Source of the DNA: an uncultured delta proteobacterium
GTDB taxonomy: Bacteria; Desulfobacterota; WTBG01; CAIYCZ01; CAIRTM01
Direction: 5' to 3'
Assembly: GCA_903911225.1 (NCBI GenBank)
Contig: CAIWCT010000155.1
Coordinates: 1-60,148, forward strand
Length of the DNA: 60,148 nucleotides
Positions 27,716 to 36,947 of the stretch are shown one piece after another. Below the pieces are notes generated by a model. That model searched no databases. It saw only the letters and a list, made by a program, of their open reading frames with translations, and was not told the DNA's origin. How positions within the stretch are numbered: the first letter of the stretch is position 1; each line of letters begins with the position of its first letter. Both the position numbers and the translations under genes were made by a program.

Positions 27716-29071
27716 ATGACCTTCCCAAAAAATTTTGTCTGGGGCGCTGCTACATCGGCCTATCAAATAGAAGGCGCCGCAGGCGACGATGGCCGGGGCC
27801 CCTCGATCTGGGACGAATTCTGCCGCAGGCCCGGAGCGGTTCTGCAGAGAGCAAGCGGCGCCATTGCCTGCGACCATTATCATCTATACCTGCAGGATAT
27901 AGCGCTCATGCAGGGGCTCGGCCTGCAGTCCTACCGGTTTTCGATTTCATGGTCCCGCGTGCTGCCCTGCGGCATGGGGGCTGTCAATGAAGATGGCCTT
28001 GACTTTTACGACCGCCTGACCGACGGGCTGCTCGCGGCAGGCATCACTCCCTATGCGACGCTTTATCACTGGGATTATCCGCTTGCGCTGCACCGGTTCG
28101 GAGGGTGGCTTCATCGCGAGAGCTCCGACTGGTTTGCCCGGTATGCGGAAGTTATTGTGGACCGGCTATCAGATCGCGTCAGGCACTGGTTTACTTTTAA
28201 TGAGCCGCAGATATTTGTGGGCTTTGGTTATCAGGACGGCAGTCATGCACCGGGCGAAAAGCTGGAGCTTTCAAAAGTGCTCACGATCGGACACAATGTG
28301 CTGCTCGCCCACGGAAAGGCCGTACAGGTGATCCGCAGCCGCTCAAAAATTATGCCCTCAATCGGCTATGCGCTATCAGTAAGTCCGGTGGCCGTACCTG
28401 CAACAGAAACAGACCAGGACATACAATCGGCACGCCAAACTTTCTTCGCCGCTAGCCGGCCCTTAAGCAGAAATAATTCCTGGTGGACAGACCCTGTAGT
28501 GCTGGGGCGTTACCCGGAAGACGGGCTGGCCTTTTTCGAAAAGGACCTGCCGCCTATGGGAAAAGATGACCTGCGCACCATCTGCCAGCCTCTTGATCTC
28601 CTGGGGCTCAATGTCTATTTCGGGGAAACATACCGTGCAGGAGCAGACGGCACACCTGAGGTGGTGCCATGTGCTCCAGAGCATGAACGAACAAGCTTTA
28701 ATTGGCCTGTTGTGCCGGAATCGCTTTACTGGGCTTCGCGATTTTACTGGGAGCGCTACGGCCTGCCGATCATTATTTCGGAAAACGGCATGGCAGCACA
28801 TGACACGGTCAGCCCCGACGGCTGCGTGCATGACGGGCAGCGCATCGATTTCCTCCGGCGCTATCTGACACAACTGCAACGCGCCTGCTCCGAAGGGGTG
28901 GATATGCGCGGATATTTCGTGTGGTCGCTTCTGGATAATTTTGAATGGGCCGAAGGCTACACCCAGCAGTTCGGAATCGTGCATATAGACTATGCCTCGC
29001 AGCAGCGGACCCTGAAGGATTCCGCCCTCTGGTACAAAGAGGTTATTGCTGCAAACGGAGCGGTGGTTTAG
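27716..29071 (+). CDS. GH1 beta-glucosidase
   Basis: FPKNFVWGAATSAYQIEGA, acid/base TFNEP and nucleophile ISENG are present. I chose the start at M26 (ATG 27716, GAGG 8 nt upstream), because family members begin near this motif. Confidence 0.9.
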   Translation: MTFPKNFVWGAATSAYQIEGAAGDDGRGPSIWDEFCRRPGAVLQRASGAIACDHYHLYLQDIALMQGLGLQSYRFSISWSRVLPCGMGAVNEDGLDFYDRLTDGLLAAGITPYATLYHWDYPLALHRFGGWLHRESSDWFARYAEVIVDRLSDRVRHWFTFNEPQIFVGFGYQDGSHAPGEKLELSKVLTIGHNVLLAHGKAVQVIRSRSKIMPSIGYALSVSPVAVPATETDQDIQSARQTFFAASRPLSRNNSWWTDPVVLGRYPEDGLAFFEKDLPPMGKDDLRTICQPLDLLGLNVYFGETYRAGADGTPEVVPCAPEHERTSFNWPVVPESLYWASRFYWERYGLPIIISENGMAAHDTVSPDGCVHDGQRIDFLRRYLTQLQRACSEGVDMRGYFVWSLLDNFEWAEGYTQQFGIVHIDYASQQRTLKDSALWYKEVIAANGAVV

Positions 29072-29127
29072 GGTTCAAGGTTCAAGGTTCGGATTCCGAC
29101 TTCTGGCTTCCAAGCTTACTCTTATCC

Positions 29128-29156
29128 TTGACAAAACACGGCAATAAATCTAATGC
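29128..29156 (+). promoter_or_regulatory. Sigma70-type promoter candidate for the tandem hybrid kinases
   Basis: TTGACA (29128-29133), a 17-nt spacer, then TAATGC (29151-29156). It lies about 100 nt upstream of the ATG at 29260. Confidence 0.35.
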
Positions 29157-29259
29157 ATAGATATCCGGCAAGTCCACACATGCTTGAACCACTATTACAG
29201 GCCGCTGCCTGGGCCGCATAATTTATGAGAATATGCACTTGTACGGATGAGAAATTTTT

Positions 29260-32010
29260 ATGGAAAAACCTCACGGCATCAGCACCATCCTGCCTGCAAA
29301 GGACTATCTCTCCTATCGGTTGAGCTTTGCCATCGGCTCAATCCTGCTCTACGCTATTATTTTTTTTCTCCTTCATTTCGTCTATCATTTTACCGCCATG
29401 CCTATGGTGGCAGTATTCCCGGTGATGGTTATAGCCTGGTTATATGGCCCCCTCATCGGCGTAATTGCGGGCATACTTAGTTTCCCTTTCAATGTACTCA
29501 TGTTCATTATCGCAGGCATCAGCCTGGTCAACAACATGCTGATGACCGGCCCCGGCATTGCAGGCACTATTGCTTACATGATTATCGCACTGATTGTAGG
29601 CCGGTTAAGCGACCTGGGGCAGCGGCTTAAAAAAGAGCTCCGCGCCAGGCAGAGCATAGAAGAAGAACTGCAGCAGCACCGTGAGAGCCTCGAAAAGCTG
29701 GTGAGTAATAAGACCGGGGAGCTGCAGGCCAGTCAGGAGCGCTTCAGGGCGATTGCAGAAAATTCTCCGGATACGATTATCATAACCGACAGCAGGGGGG
29801 TGATTATTTATTGTAACAGCTCCTCTGAAATAATGTTCGGCTACGATCCAAAGGAACTGCTGGGCCAGCATACCAGCATTCTTCTCCCGCAGCCCCTGCG
29901 TGAAAGCGAAACCACCAGAAGAGAACAGTTTCTGCAAAGCGCTGACTTTGAATCGCTGTGCAGGACCATACAAACTACAGGGGTGCGGAAAGATGGAACG
30001 GAATTTTTCATAGAGTTCCCGTTTTTTTCCTGGAAAGCCGATAATGAGATTTTTTTTACCGCTATCATTCGCGATATCACCCAGCGCAAAAACTTTGAAA
30101 AAGCCCTGAACAGCGAACGGGAGCGGCTTGCCGAAATCATTGCAACCTCGCCGGTTATCATTTGCGGCATTACGGCAAACGGCACAACCAGCTTCATCAA
30201 CAAGGCAGGAGAGGAAATAACCGGCTACAGCAACCAGGAACTTACAGGTCTTAACTGGTGGGCCACCTTCTACCCCGGCGCATTGCATGCCCAGGTTGAG
30301 GACCTATTTAGCCTGCTTGCGCAGGGGGATGTGGTCAACCATGAAATGTCCCTCCAGACAAAACCAGGTGAACTGCGGATGATTCTGTGGAATTCGATAA
30401 AAAGCTGCGATAGTCAGGGAACGCTGCTTGAACTGGTCGGATTCGGCCATGATATTACCGAGCGCAAGCAGGCTGAGAATAAAGTCCGGCAGGCGCGCGA
30501 TTTTCTTGAAAACATATTCAGAGCCTCTCCTGAAGCCATTATCGTCACCGACTCCTACGGGTATATCATCATGGCAAACGAGTCGGTTTGCAGCGTTTAT
30601 GGCTACCATCCCGAGGAGCTCGTGGGCCAGCACGCATCTGTTTTCGCAACGGATGATGAAGCAATGACACAAAAAACTTTTGCCATGATGGAAGAGCTGT
30701 ATGAAAAGGGCCTGGTGCGGAATTTTACGATTGATAGGCGCCACAAGGACGGCCACACCATACAGACCGAATCCAGCATCATGCAGATGAAGGATGCCGA
30801 CGGCACACCTTCCGGCGGCATTTCCTCAAGCCGGGATATAACCGATAGAAAGATACTTGAGGAACAACTGCGGCAGTCGCAGAAGATGGAGGCTATTGGG
30901 ACACTTGCGGGCGGCATCGCCCATGATTTCAACAATATTCTGGCTGCGATCATGGGCTATACCGAGCTTTCCAAAGACCTGGCTGCGGGCAACAGCGTTC
31001 TTGAAAAAAATCTCTCGCACGTATTAAAGTCAGTTGATAGGGCCAAGGCTCTTGTTCGTCAAATTCTCACCTTTAGCCGCAAAACAGAAGGCGTGGTCAA
31101 GCCACTGCGCCTGCATCTTGTGATCGAGGAAGCTTTCAAGCTGCTGCGGGCCTCGCTGCCTTCAACCATTTCCATACGGTCCAATATTCATGATACCGAT
31201 GATGTTGTCGTTGCAGACGCTACCGAAATTCACCGGATCGTCATGAACCTGTGCACAAATGCAGCCTATGCCATGCAGACCACCGGCGGTGTCCTGGATA
31301 TAACTTTAAACCCCATTGATATTGATATACCTGCCGCCGGTTATTATGTCGGCATAGCGCCGGGACCCTATGTGCAGCTAAGCGTCAAAGATACCGGTAT
31401 GGGCATACCCAGGGATGTCATCGGCCGTATATTTGAACCTTTTTTTACAACAAAAGAAATTGGCAAAGGCACCGGAATGGGGCTTGCCATGGTGCATGGC
31501 ATCGTTAAAAGCCTGAAAGGCGATATCAAAGTGTACAGTGAGCCGGGCAAGGGTGCAGTCTTTCATGTTGTGCTGCCGCGCGTTCAGGCTGAGAAGATAC
31601 CGGCGGATGCTGTGGAGCGGGAAGCGCCGCAGGGGCAGGAATCTGTGCTGCTGGTGGATGACGAAGCGGTGCTGCTGGATGTAGGAGAGCAACTACTGAA
31701 CTCGCTTGGCTACCGTGTCACGGCTATCAGCAGCCCCGTTGAGGCATTGGAGCTTTTCGGCAAAAACCCTGCGGCCTTTGATCTCGTCATCACCGATCAG
31801 ACCATGCCGCAGCTCACGGGCTATGAGCTGGCGCAGCAACTGCTGAAGATACGCAAGGATGTACCGTTAATCCTGTGCACGGGCTACAGCGACTTAGTGA
31901 CGGCCGAGTCGGCCAGTGCGGGCGGCATAGAGGCCTTTGTAATGAAGCCCCTGAACCGTCTTGCCATTGCCGAAACGATCCGCAAGGTGCTGGATAAAAG
32001 CGCAGCATAG
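29260..32010 (+). CDS. Hybrid sensor kinase: polytopic N-terminal membrane module, coiled coil, 3 PAS, HisKA-HATPase, REC
   Basis: The N-terminal ~115 aa are hydrophobic with only short loops. The PAS ERFRAIAENSPDTIIITD... is shared with the 23011-27480 kinase. The H-box is GGIAHDFNNIL. REC is LLVDDEAVLLDVGEQLLNSLGYRV... Confidence 0.9.
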   Translation: MEKPHGISTILPAKDYLSYRLSFAIGSILLYAIIFFLLHFVYHFTAMPMVAVFPVMVIAWLYGPLIGVIAGILSFPFNVLMFIIAGISLVNNMLMTGPGIAGTIAYMIIALIVGRLSDLGQRLKKELRARQSIEEELQQHRESLEKLVSNKTGELQASQERFRAIAENSPDTIIITDSRGVIIYCNSSSEIMFGYDPKELLGQHTSILLPQPLRESETTRREQFLQSADFESLCRTIQTTGVRKDGTEFFIEFPFFSWKADNEIFFTAIIRDITQRKNFEKALNSERERLAEIIATSPVIICGITANGTTSFINKAGEEITGYSNQELTGLNWWATFYPGALHAQVEDLFSLLAQGDVVNHEMSLQTKPGELRMILWNSIKSCDSQGTLLELVGFGHDITERKQAENKVRQARDFLENIFRASPEAIIVTDSYGYIIMANESVCSVYGYHPEELVGQHASVFATDDEAMTQKTFAMMEELYEKGLVRNFTIDRRHKDGHTIQTESSIMQMKDADGTPSGGISSSRDITDRKILEEQLRQSQKMEAIGTLAGGIAHDFNNILAAIMGYTELSKDLAAGNSVLEKNLSHVLKSVDRAKALVRQILTFSRKTEGVVKPLRLHLVIEEAFKLLRASLPSTISIRSNIHDTDDVVVADATEIHRIVMNLCTNAAYAMQTTGGVLDITLNPIDIDIPAAGYYVGIAPGPYVQLSVKDTGMGIPRDVIGRIFEPFFTTKEIGKGTGMGLAMVHGIVKSLKGDIKVYSEPGKGAVFHVVLPRVQAEKIPADAVEREAPQGQESVLLVDDEAVLLDVGEQLLNSLGYRVTAISSPVEALELFGKNPAAFDLVITDQTMPQLTGYELAQQLLKIRKDVPLILCTGYSDLVTAESASAGGIEAFVMKPLNRLAIAETIRKVLDKSAA

Positions 32011-32017
32011 CCGGGAG
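31645..32017 (+). repeat. Near-identical direct repeat, copy 1 (REC domain, stop codon and 7 nt beyond)
   Basis: Aligned by eye to 33745-34117, I count 27 mismatches and no indels over 373 nt. The kinase core upstream is clearly more diverged. Confidence 0.85.
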
Positions 32018-32091
32018 ATATGTTCTGCTTGCTTCGCCTCTTGTAAAAATTTTACTATAATAAAAACTAAAAATTTTTCCACATAAATTAT

Positions 32092-34110
32092 ATGTCAAAA
32101 TGGAGCGCCATGACTTCGCATAAAATGGTTTTCGACCGCCGACTGTATATTTCTTTATTCTCAGTTGGCATATATGTCGCATTTTTTGCCCTTATGACCT
32201 ATATGCCCGGCAAGGGCATGGCGATTTCAGCGATTATTCCTATCGTCATCATAGGTTGGTTTTATGGAGTCCGAGCAGGCATCTACGCAGGGCTGCTGAG
32301 CCCGCCGGTGAATATCCTCATGTGCATGCTCTTTGGGCTCGACTGGGTTGAAAAGTTCTATGTCGGCGGTGTCGGCATTGCGGGGACCCTTATAGAAATC
32401 CTTATCGGCGCTGTTGTGGGCAAGCTGCACGACTACAACAAGCGCGTTCAGGATGAGCTTGTTGTAAGAAAGGCGCTTGAAACAGAATTGCAGCAGCATC
32501 GCACCCGGCTTGAGGATCTGGTGCAGGCTAAAACCGCTGAGCTTGAAGCCTCAAACCAGCAGCTCCAGGCAAGCCAGGTTGAGATGCGTCAGGCGCGCGA
32601 TTATTTTGAGAACCTTTTCAGGACCTCTCCCGACGCCATTTTTGTTACCGATGCAGACGGCTATATCGTCATGGCAAACGAGTCGGTTTATGAAGTGTAT
32701 GGCTATTCTCCGGAGGAGCTCATCGGGCAGCATGCGTCTTCTCTTACGCCTGATAACGAAAGGGCCTGGAATGAAAATATTGTATTAGTTGAGCGGGTTT
32801 TCGAGCTGGGTCTTGTCCGCAATTGGGTGGCTGTCCGGCAACACAAGGACGGGCGCATCATACAAGTCGAAACCAGCGTTGTATTGTTGAAGAACCCTGA
32901 CGGGACAATATCGGGGTCTATTTCCTCCACCCGTGATATTACCGATAGGAAACGGCTTGAGGAGCAGCTGCGGCAGTCGCAAAAAATGGAGGCCATCGGC
33001 ACCCTTGCCGGCGGCATCGCCCACGATTTCAACAATATTTTGGGCGCAATTATAGGGTACACGGAGCTTTCCAAAGACCTGCCCGCGGGCAACAGAGATC
33101 TGGAGAACAATCTCTCGCAGGTATTGAAGGCAGCAGAGCGGGCAAAAAATCTTGTGAAGCAGATACTTGCCTTCAGCCGCAAAAGCGAAAGCGCCTTGAA
33201 GGCCTTGCAACTGCACCTTGTGGTCAAGGAAGTGCTGAACCTGCTGCGTTCCTCGATACCAACAACGATTGATATCAAGACAGATATTGCCACCGCCAAT
33301 GATATTGTCATAGCCGACGCCACGCAGGTGCACCAGATCGTCATGAACCTGTGCACCAATGCAGCTCACGCCATGCAGCAGAAGGGCGGCGTGCTTGAGG
33401 TGACGATCAAGGCCTTTGATCTTGATGAGCACAGCGTCAGGGCCTATGCCGATATAGAGCCGGGGCCGTATGTGCGGTTGAGCGTTAAAGATACCGGCAC
33501 TGGTATATCCGGGGATGTCATTACGCGTATCTTTGAGCCTTTCTTCACCACCAAGGAACTCGGCAGAGGCACCGGCATGGGCCTTGCCGTGGCGCATGGT
33601 ATCGTAAAAAGCCTGAACGGCGACATCAAGGTATATAGCGAGCCTGGCAAGGGTACGGTCTTTCATGTGCTGCTGCCACGAGTGCAGGAAGAGGGCGCCG
33701 GCCGTGATATCGTGCAGCAAAGCGCTCCGCATGGGCATGAGCGGGTGCTGCTGGTGGATGATGAGACGATGCTGCTGGATGTGGGAGAGCAACTACTAAA
33801 CTCGCTTGGCTACCGTGTCACGGCTATCAGCAGCCCTGTTGAGGCATTGGAGCTTTTCGGCAAAGACCCTGCAGCCTTTGATCTCGTCATCACCGATCAG
33901 ACCATGCCGCAGCTCACGGGCTATGATCTGGCGCAGCAACTGCTGAAAATACGCAAGGATGTACCGTTAATCCTGTGCACGGGCTACAGCGACCTGGTGA
34001 CGGTCGAATCGGCAATCGCGGGCGGCATCAAGGCTTTTGTGATTAAACCACTGAACCGTCTTGCCATCGCCGAAACTATCCGCAAGGTGCTGGATAAAAG
34101 CGCAGCATAG
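32092..34110 (+). CDS. Hybrid sensor kinase, a shorter paralogue: the same N-terminal membrane module, 1 PAS, HisKA-HATPase, REC
   Basis: It is colinear with the 3' 1.2 kb of the upstream kinase at a constant 2100-nt offset. It has the same H-box, G-boxes and REC. Confidence 0.9.
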   Translation: MSKWSAMTSHKMVFDRRLYISLFSVGIYVAFFALMTYMPGKGMAISAIIPIVIIGWFYGVRAGIYAGLLSPPVNILMCMLFGLDWVEKFYVGGVGIAGTLIEILIGAVVGKLHDYNKRVQDELVVRKALETELQQHRTRLEDLVQAKTAELEASNQQLQASQVEMRQARDYFENLFRTSPDAIFVTDADGYIVMANESVYEVYGYSPEELIGQHASSLTPDNERAWNENIVLVERVFELGLVRNWVAVRQHKDGRIIQVETSVVLLKNPDGTISGSISSTRDITDRKRLEEQLRQSQKMEAIGTLAGGIAHDFNNILGAIIGYTELSKDLPAGNRDLENNLSQVLKAAERAKNLVKQILAFSRKSESALKALQLHLVVKEVLNLLRSSIPTTIDIKTDIATANDIVIADATQVHQIVMNLCTNAAHAMQQKGGVLEVTIKAFDLDEHSVRAYADIEPGPYVRLSVKDTGTGISGDVITRIFEPFFTTKELGRGTGMGLAVAHGIVKSLNGDIKVYSEPGKGTVFHVLLPRVQEEGAGRDIVQQSAPHGHERVLLVDDETMLLDVGEQLLNSLGYRVTAISSPVEALELFGKDPAAFDLVITDQTMPQLTGYDLAQQLLKIRKDVPLILCTGYSDLVTVESAIAGGIKAFVIKPLNRLAIAETIRKVLDKSAA

Positions 34111-34117
34111 CCGGGAG
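33745..34117 (+). repeat. Near-identical direct repeat, copy 2
   Basis: It is the partner of 31645-32017 at an offset of exactly 2100 nt. Confidence 0.85.
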
Positions 34118-34307
34118 GCATAAGGTGCAAAAAGCAAGTTCTCAGTCATGATTTTGGAGTAACGAGATCCAAGGCTCCGGATTCAGGATTCAAAATGTAT
34201 CGTAAGGGCGTATGGCCTACGCCCAAAAACTGAATTCTTGCTTCTTTTCCAAAAAAAGATATTGTTATAGAATCTGTTTTGATATCGCAATTCCAAAAGG
34301 TACGGCC

Positions 34308-36341
34308 ATGCTTAAAAACATGAAGCTATCGACAAAACTCATCGGTGGATTCGGCATCATTTTCTTTTTTTTATTGTCCATAACCGCCGTTATGTTCAAT
34401 GCGCTTAACAAAACGACTGGTGCATTTGAGATATTCATGGAGGAGGATTTCGGTATTGCCAACAATGCGCTGAAACTGGAGACGCAAATGCTGCAATGCC
34501 GCGGTGATGAAAGGGATTATCTGGAGAGCATGGACAAGAAATATCTTCGTAAATTCGAGGCTGACATAAACTTTTTACAGGATGCCGCCCGTACAATCGT
34601 TGATCTCAGCGCACGATCGTCCAATTTTGCGATGCGGGAAAAAGCTGGGGCCATTCTGCCACTTGCGGCAAACTATAAAAAATTTTTTGAAGAGGTTGTC
34701 CGCGCACAGGAAACAAAGGGCCCGGATAACAGCTCAGGCCCCCAGGTGCTATTTCTAAAAACAGCCGGGGAAATAGACAACGCTGTTTCATCACTTCAGG
34801 ACCCCTCTTTTAAAGAACTCCTGCTATCCATCCGGAAAAACGCCAATGATTATCTGCTTTCTGAGGAGCATACATATCTTCAGCAGATGGATGAAGCTAT
34901 AGTCAAACTGAGAAGCGCACTTCAACAGTCCGGAATTGCAGGGGACGAAGGTGCGCTGATCGAAAAAACCCTCAATGCCTATAAGGCAGCCTTTGATGTC
35001 TTTGTAGCACAGGCTCGGGAAACAAAATATGCGGCTGCCGAGCTGGATCAGGCGGCCCAGCAAATCGAGCTTGCGGCGCAGGCAGTATCAAGGCACGCGC
35101 ATACAGGGGGCATGCAAAAAAAAGCTGCTACAAAAGCAATGGTAAAAAATTATGGGGGTACTGCAATGGCGCTGGTCTTTGTCGCGCTGCTGGCGACAAT
35201 TGGCATCGCCGTTTTAATAATTACAAGCGTTTTGAATCTGCTGGGCGAGGACCCCCGAACCATTGTCGGCATAGCCAATCGAGTGGCTGCAGGCGATCTT
35301 GGCCTTGGTTTTTATTCAAACACAAAAGAAGTTAAAGGCGTTTTGCTGGCGATGCAGAAAATGGTAGACCGCCTTAAAACGACTGCCGATATTGCAGGGG
35401 AAATCGCCGGGGGCAATCTTGTGGTAAAGGTCAGTAAAATGTCAGATAAGGACACTCTAGGTAATGCCCTTGAAACCATGGTTGATACATTGAGCGCGAT
35501 GATGGCAAAAATAAATATGGCTGCGGCTAAAGTGGCCGGGGGCGCGGTGCAGATGAGTTCAACCAGCCAGGCTTTGAGCCAGGGCGCAACCGAGCAGGCA
35601 AGCGCGCTTGAGCAGATAGTAAGCTCCATGACCCAGATCGCTGCCCAGACCAGGAGGAATGCTGAGAACGCTGCGGGCGCCGAAAAACTTACCGCCGATA
35701 CAAAAACGCTTGCCGAAAAGGTTAACCTGCAGATGGGCCGCATGGTTGACGCCATAAGGGAAATCAATACATCAAGCCGCAGTGTTTTGAGTATTATCAG
35801 GGTCATTGATGAAGTGTCTTTCCAGACGAACCTGCTGGCGCTGAATGCGGCGGTGGAAGCGGCGCGCGCAGGCAGGCACGGCAAAGGCTTTGCCGTAGTG
35901 GCTGACGAAGTGCGGCGCCTTGCCTTGCGAAGCGCCACAGCAGCCAGGGAAACGGCTGACCTGATCCAGGTTTCGGTAAAGAAGGTGGACGACGGCACGC
36001 AGATGGCCGACATGACAGCTAAAACGCTGCAGGACATCGTTGCAGCGGCAGGAAAGATAACTGAACTGGTGGCTGATATTGCAGCTGCCTCCAATGAGCA
36101 GGCGCAGAGCGTAACACAAATCACCACGGGCCTTGAGCAGGTAGACCGGGTAACGCAGCAAAATGCTGCGCATGCCGAGCAGAGCGCGGCTGAGGCTCAT
36201 GATCTGTCGCGCCAGTCCAGGCTGCTGCAGCAGCAGGTGTCCGCCTTTAAGATTGACGAGAGCGGTATTGGCCGCCCGGCTGAGATTTTGCAGGCAGGGC
36301 TTAGTCAACGCGCGCTTCGGGGCGAGAGAAGCGGAAGGTAA
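34308..36341 (+). CDS. Methyl-accepting chemotaxis protein (long helical periplasmic domain, HAMP). It lacks the C-terminal aromatic pentapeptide.
   Basis: I chose the start MLKNMKLSTKLIGGFGIIFFF (ATG 34308, AAAGG upstream). The conserved hairpin is [21 protein letters not shown]. It ends ...RALRGERSGR. Confidence 0.88.
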   Translation: MLKNMKLSTKLIGGFGIIFFFLLSITAVMFNALNKTTGAFEIFMEEDFGIANNALKLETQMLQCRGDERDYLESMDKKYLRKFEADINFLQDAARTIVDLSARSSNFAMREKAGAILPLAANYKKFFEEVVRAQETKGPDNSSGPQVLFLKTAGEIDNAVSSLQDPSFKELLLSIRKNANDYLLSEEHTYLQQMDEAIVKLRSALQQSGIAGDEGALIEKTLNAYKAAFDVFVAQARETKYAAAELDQAAQQIELAAQAVSRHAHTGGMQKKAATKAMVKNYGGTAMALVFVALLATIGIAVLIITSVLNLLGEDPRTIVGIANRVAAGDLGLGFYSNTKEVKGVLLAMQKMVDRLKTTADIAGEIAGGNLVVKVSKMSDKDTLGNALETMVDTLSAMMAKINMAAAKVAGGAVQMSSTSQALSQGATEQASALEQIVSSMTQIAAQTRRNAENAAGAEKLTADTKTLAEKVNLQMGRMVDAIREINTSSRSVLSIIRVIDEVSFQTNLLALNAAVEAARAGRHGKGFAVVADEVRRLALRSATAARETADLIQVSVKKVDDGTQMADMTAKTLQDIVAAAGKITELVADIAAASNEQAQSVTQITTGLEQVDRVTQQNAAHAEQSAAEAHDLSRQSRLLQQQVSAFKIDESGIGRPAEILQAGLSQRALRGERSGR

Positions 36342-36509
36342 TCATGTAACCGGGAGCCGGTGATCCATCCGAAAGACAGAGAATTTGCGAAACAGTGCTT
36401 TGCATCATATGATAGAATGCAGGCAGCGCATATAAGGACTGAGATGATGGGGTGCTTTTCCCTTTAACGAGGGCTACGGAACGGGCATCGGATCTGCTGA
36501 GAATACTAT

Positions 36510-36550
36510 AAAGAAGAGGTGGACGCGTAAAACGCATCCACCTCTTCTTT
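36510..36550. terminator. Bidirectional hairpin terminator between convergent genes
   Basis: aaagaagaggtggacgcg-taaaa-cgcatccacctcttcttt is an 18-bp stem with a single c/a mismatch. Both arms end in a T-rich run. It lies between the MCP stop (36341) and the small minus-strand ORF stop (36583). Confidence 0.7.
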
Positions 36551-36582
36551 ATTAGATATATCTGTCTCGGTGTTTGGGTCTA

Positions 36583-36792
36583 TCAGTTGCCGCCCTTTGT
36601 GGAGGCAGGCGCTTTGGGCTGATTGCTTTTGGGTTTTTTAGCAGATTTTGTTTTTTTGGGCGCCTTGGTTTTGTTGGGCGCTTTTTTTTGAGTGGCTGCT
36701 ACCTTTGGGCTGGCGGGAGAGACCGGCTCCTGAGCAAACGAAACTGTTGCGAACGCGAATACCATTGCCAGTGCGATAACTATTTTTTTCAT
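36583..36792 (-). CDS. Small secreted Lys/Pro/Ala-rich basic protein (69 aa precursor)
   Basis: The signal peptide MKKIVIALAMVFAFATVSFA is followed by QEPVSPASPKVAATQKKAPNKTKAPKKTKSAKKPKSNQPKAPASTKGGN. GGAG lies 7 nt upstream of the ATG at 36792. An alternative ATG is at 36804. Confidence 0.55.
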   Translation of the reverse strand: MKKIVIALAMVFAFATVSFAQEPVSPASPKVAATQKKAPNKTKAPKKTKSAKKPKSNQPKAPASTKGGN

Positions 36793-36947
36793 CCTCTGCT
36801 CCATTAAAAGATATTTAAGATGCGTATTTCCTTGTGTGTAAATATACCAATCGACAATTAAAAATTGATTACACCTGCATTAAATAAAATTAACCCTGGC
36901 TGCGGGATTTTATAAGACAAAAAGGCAACTGATGAAAGCGCTGTTTT

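Noticed and set aside
29072-29092. The tandem heptamer ggttcaa-ggttcaa-ggttcgg right after the beta-glucosidase stop, considered as a micro-satellite or CRISPR-like seed
   Set aside because: It has only three short units with no spacers. The loosely similar string after the second kinase (about 34160-34195) is too degenerate to call a repeat family.
32785-33792. A 335-aa minus-strand ORF inside the hybrid kinase at 32092-34110. Similar ones lie at 29605-30288, 32703-33359 and 23014-24648 in the other kinases.
   Set aside because: These are shadow ORFs opposite strongly supported HisKA/HATPase coding sequence. Their composition is low-complexity and they have no start context.
35312-36127. 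A 271-aa antisense ORF in the third MCP. Equivalent Ala/Ser-rich antisense ORFs lie in the other MCPs, for example 14013-14357 and 17245-17814.
   Set aside because: It is a typical artefact of GC-rich Ala/Glu/Gln heptad coding regions that stay open on the opposite strand.
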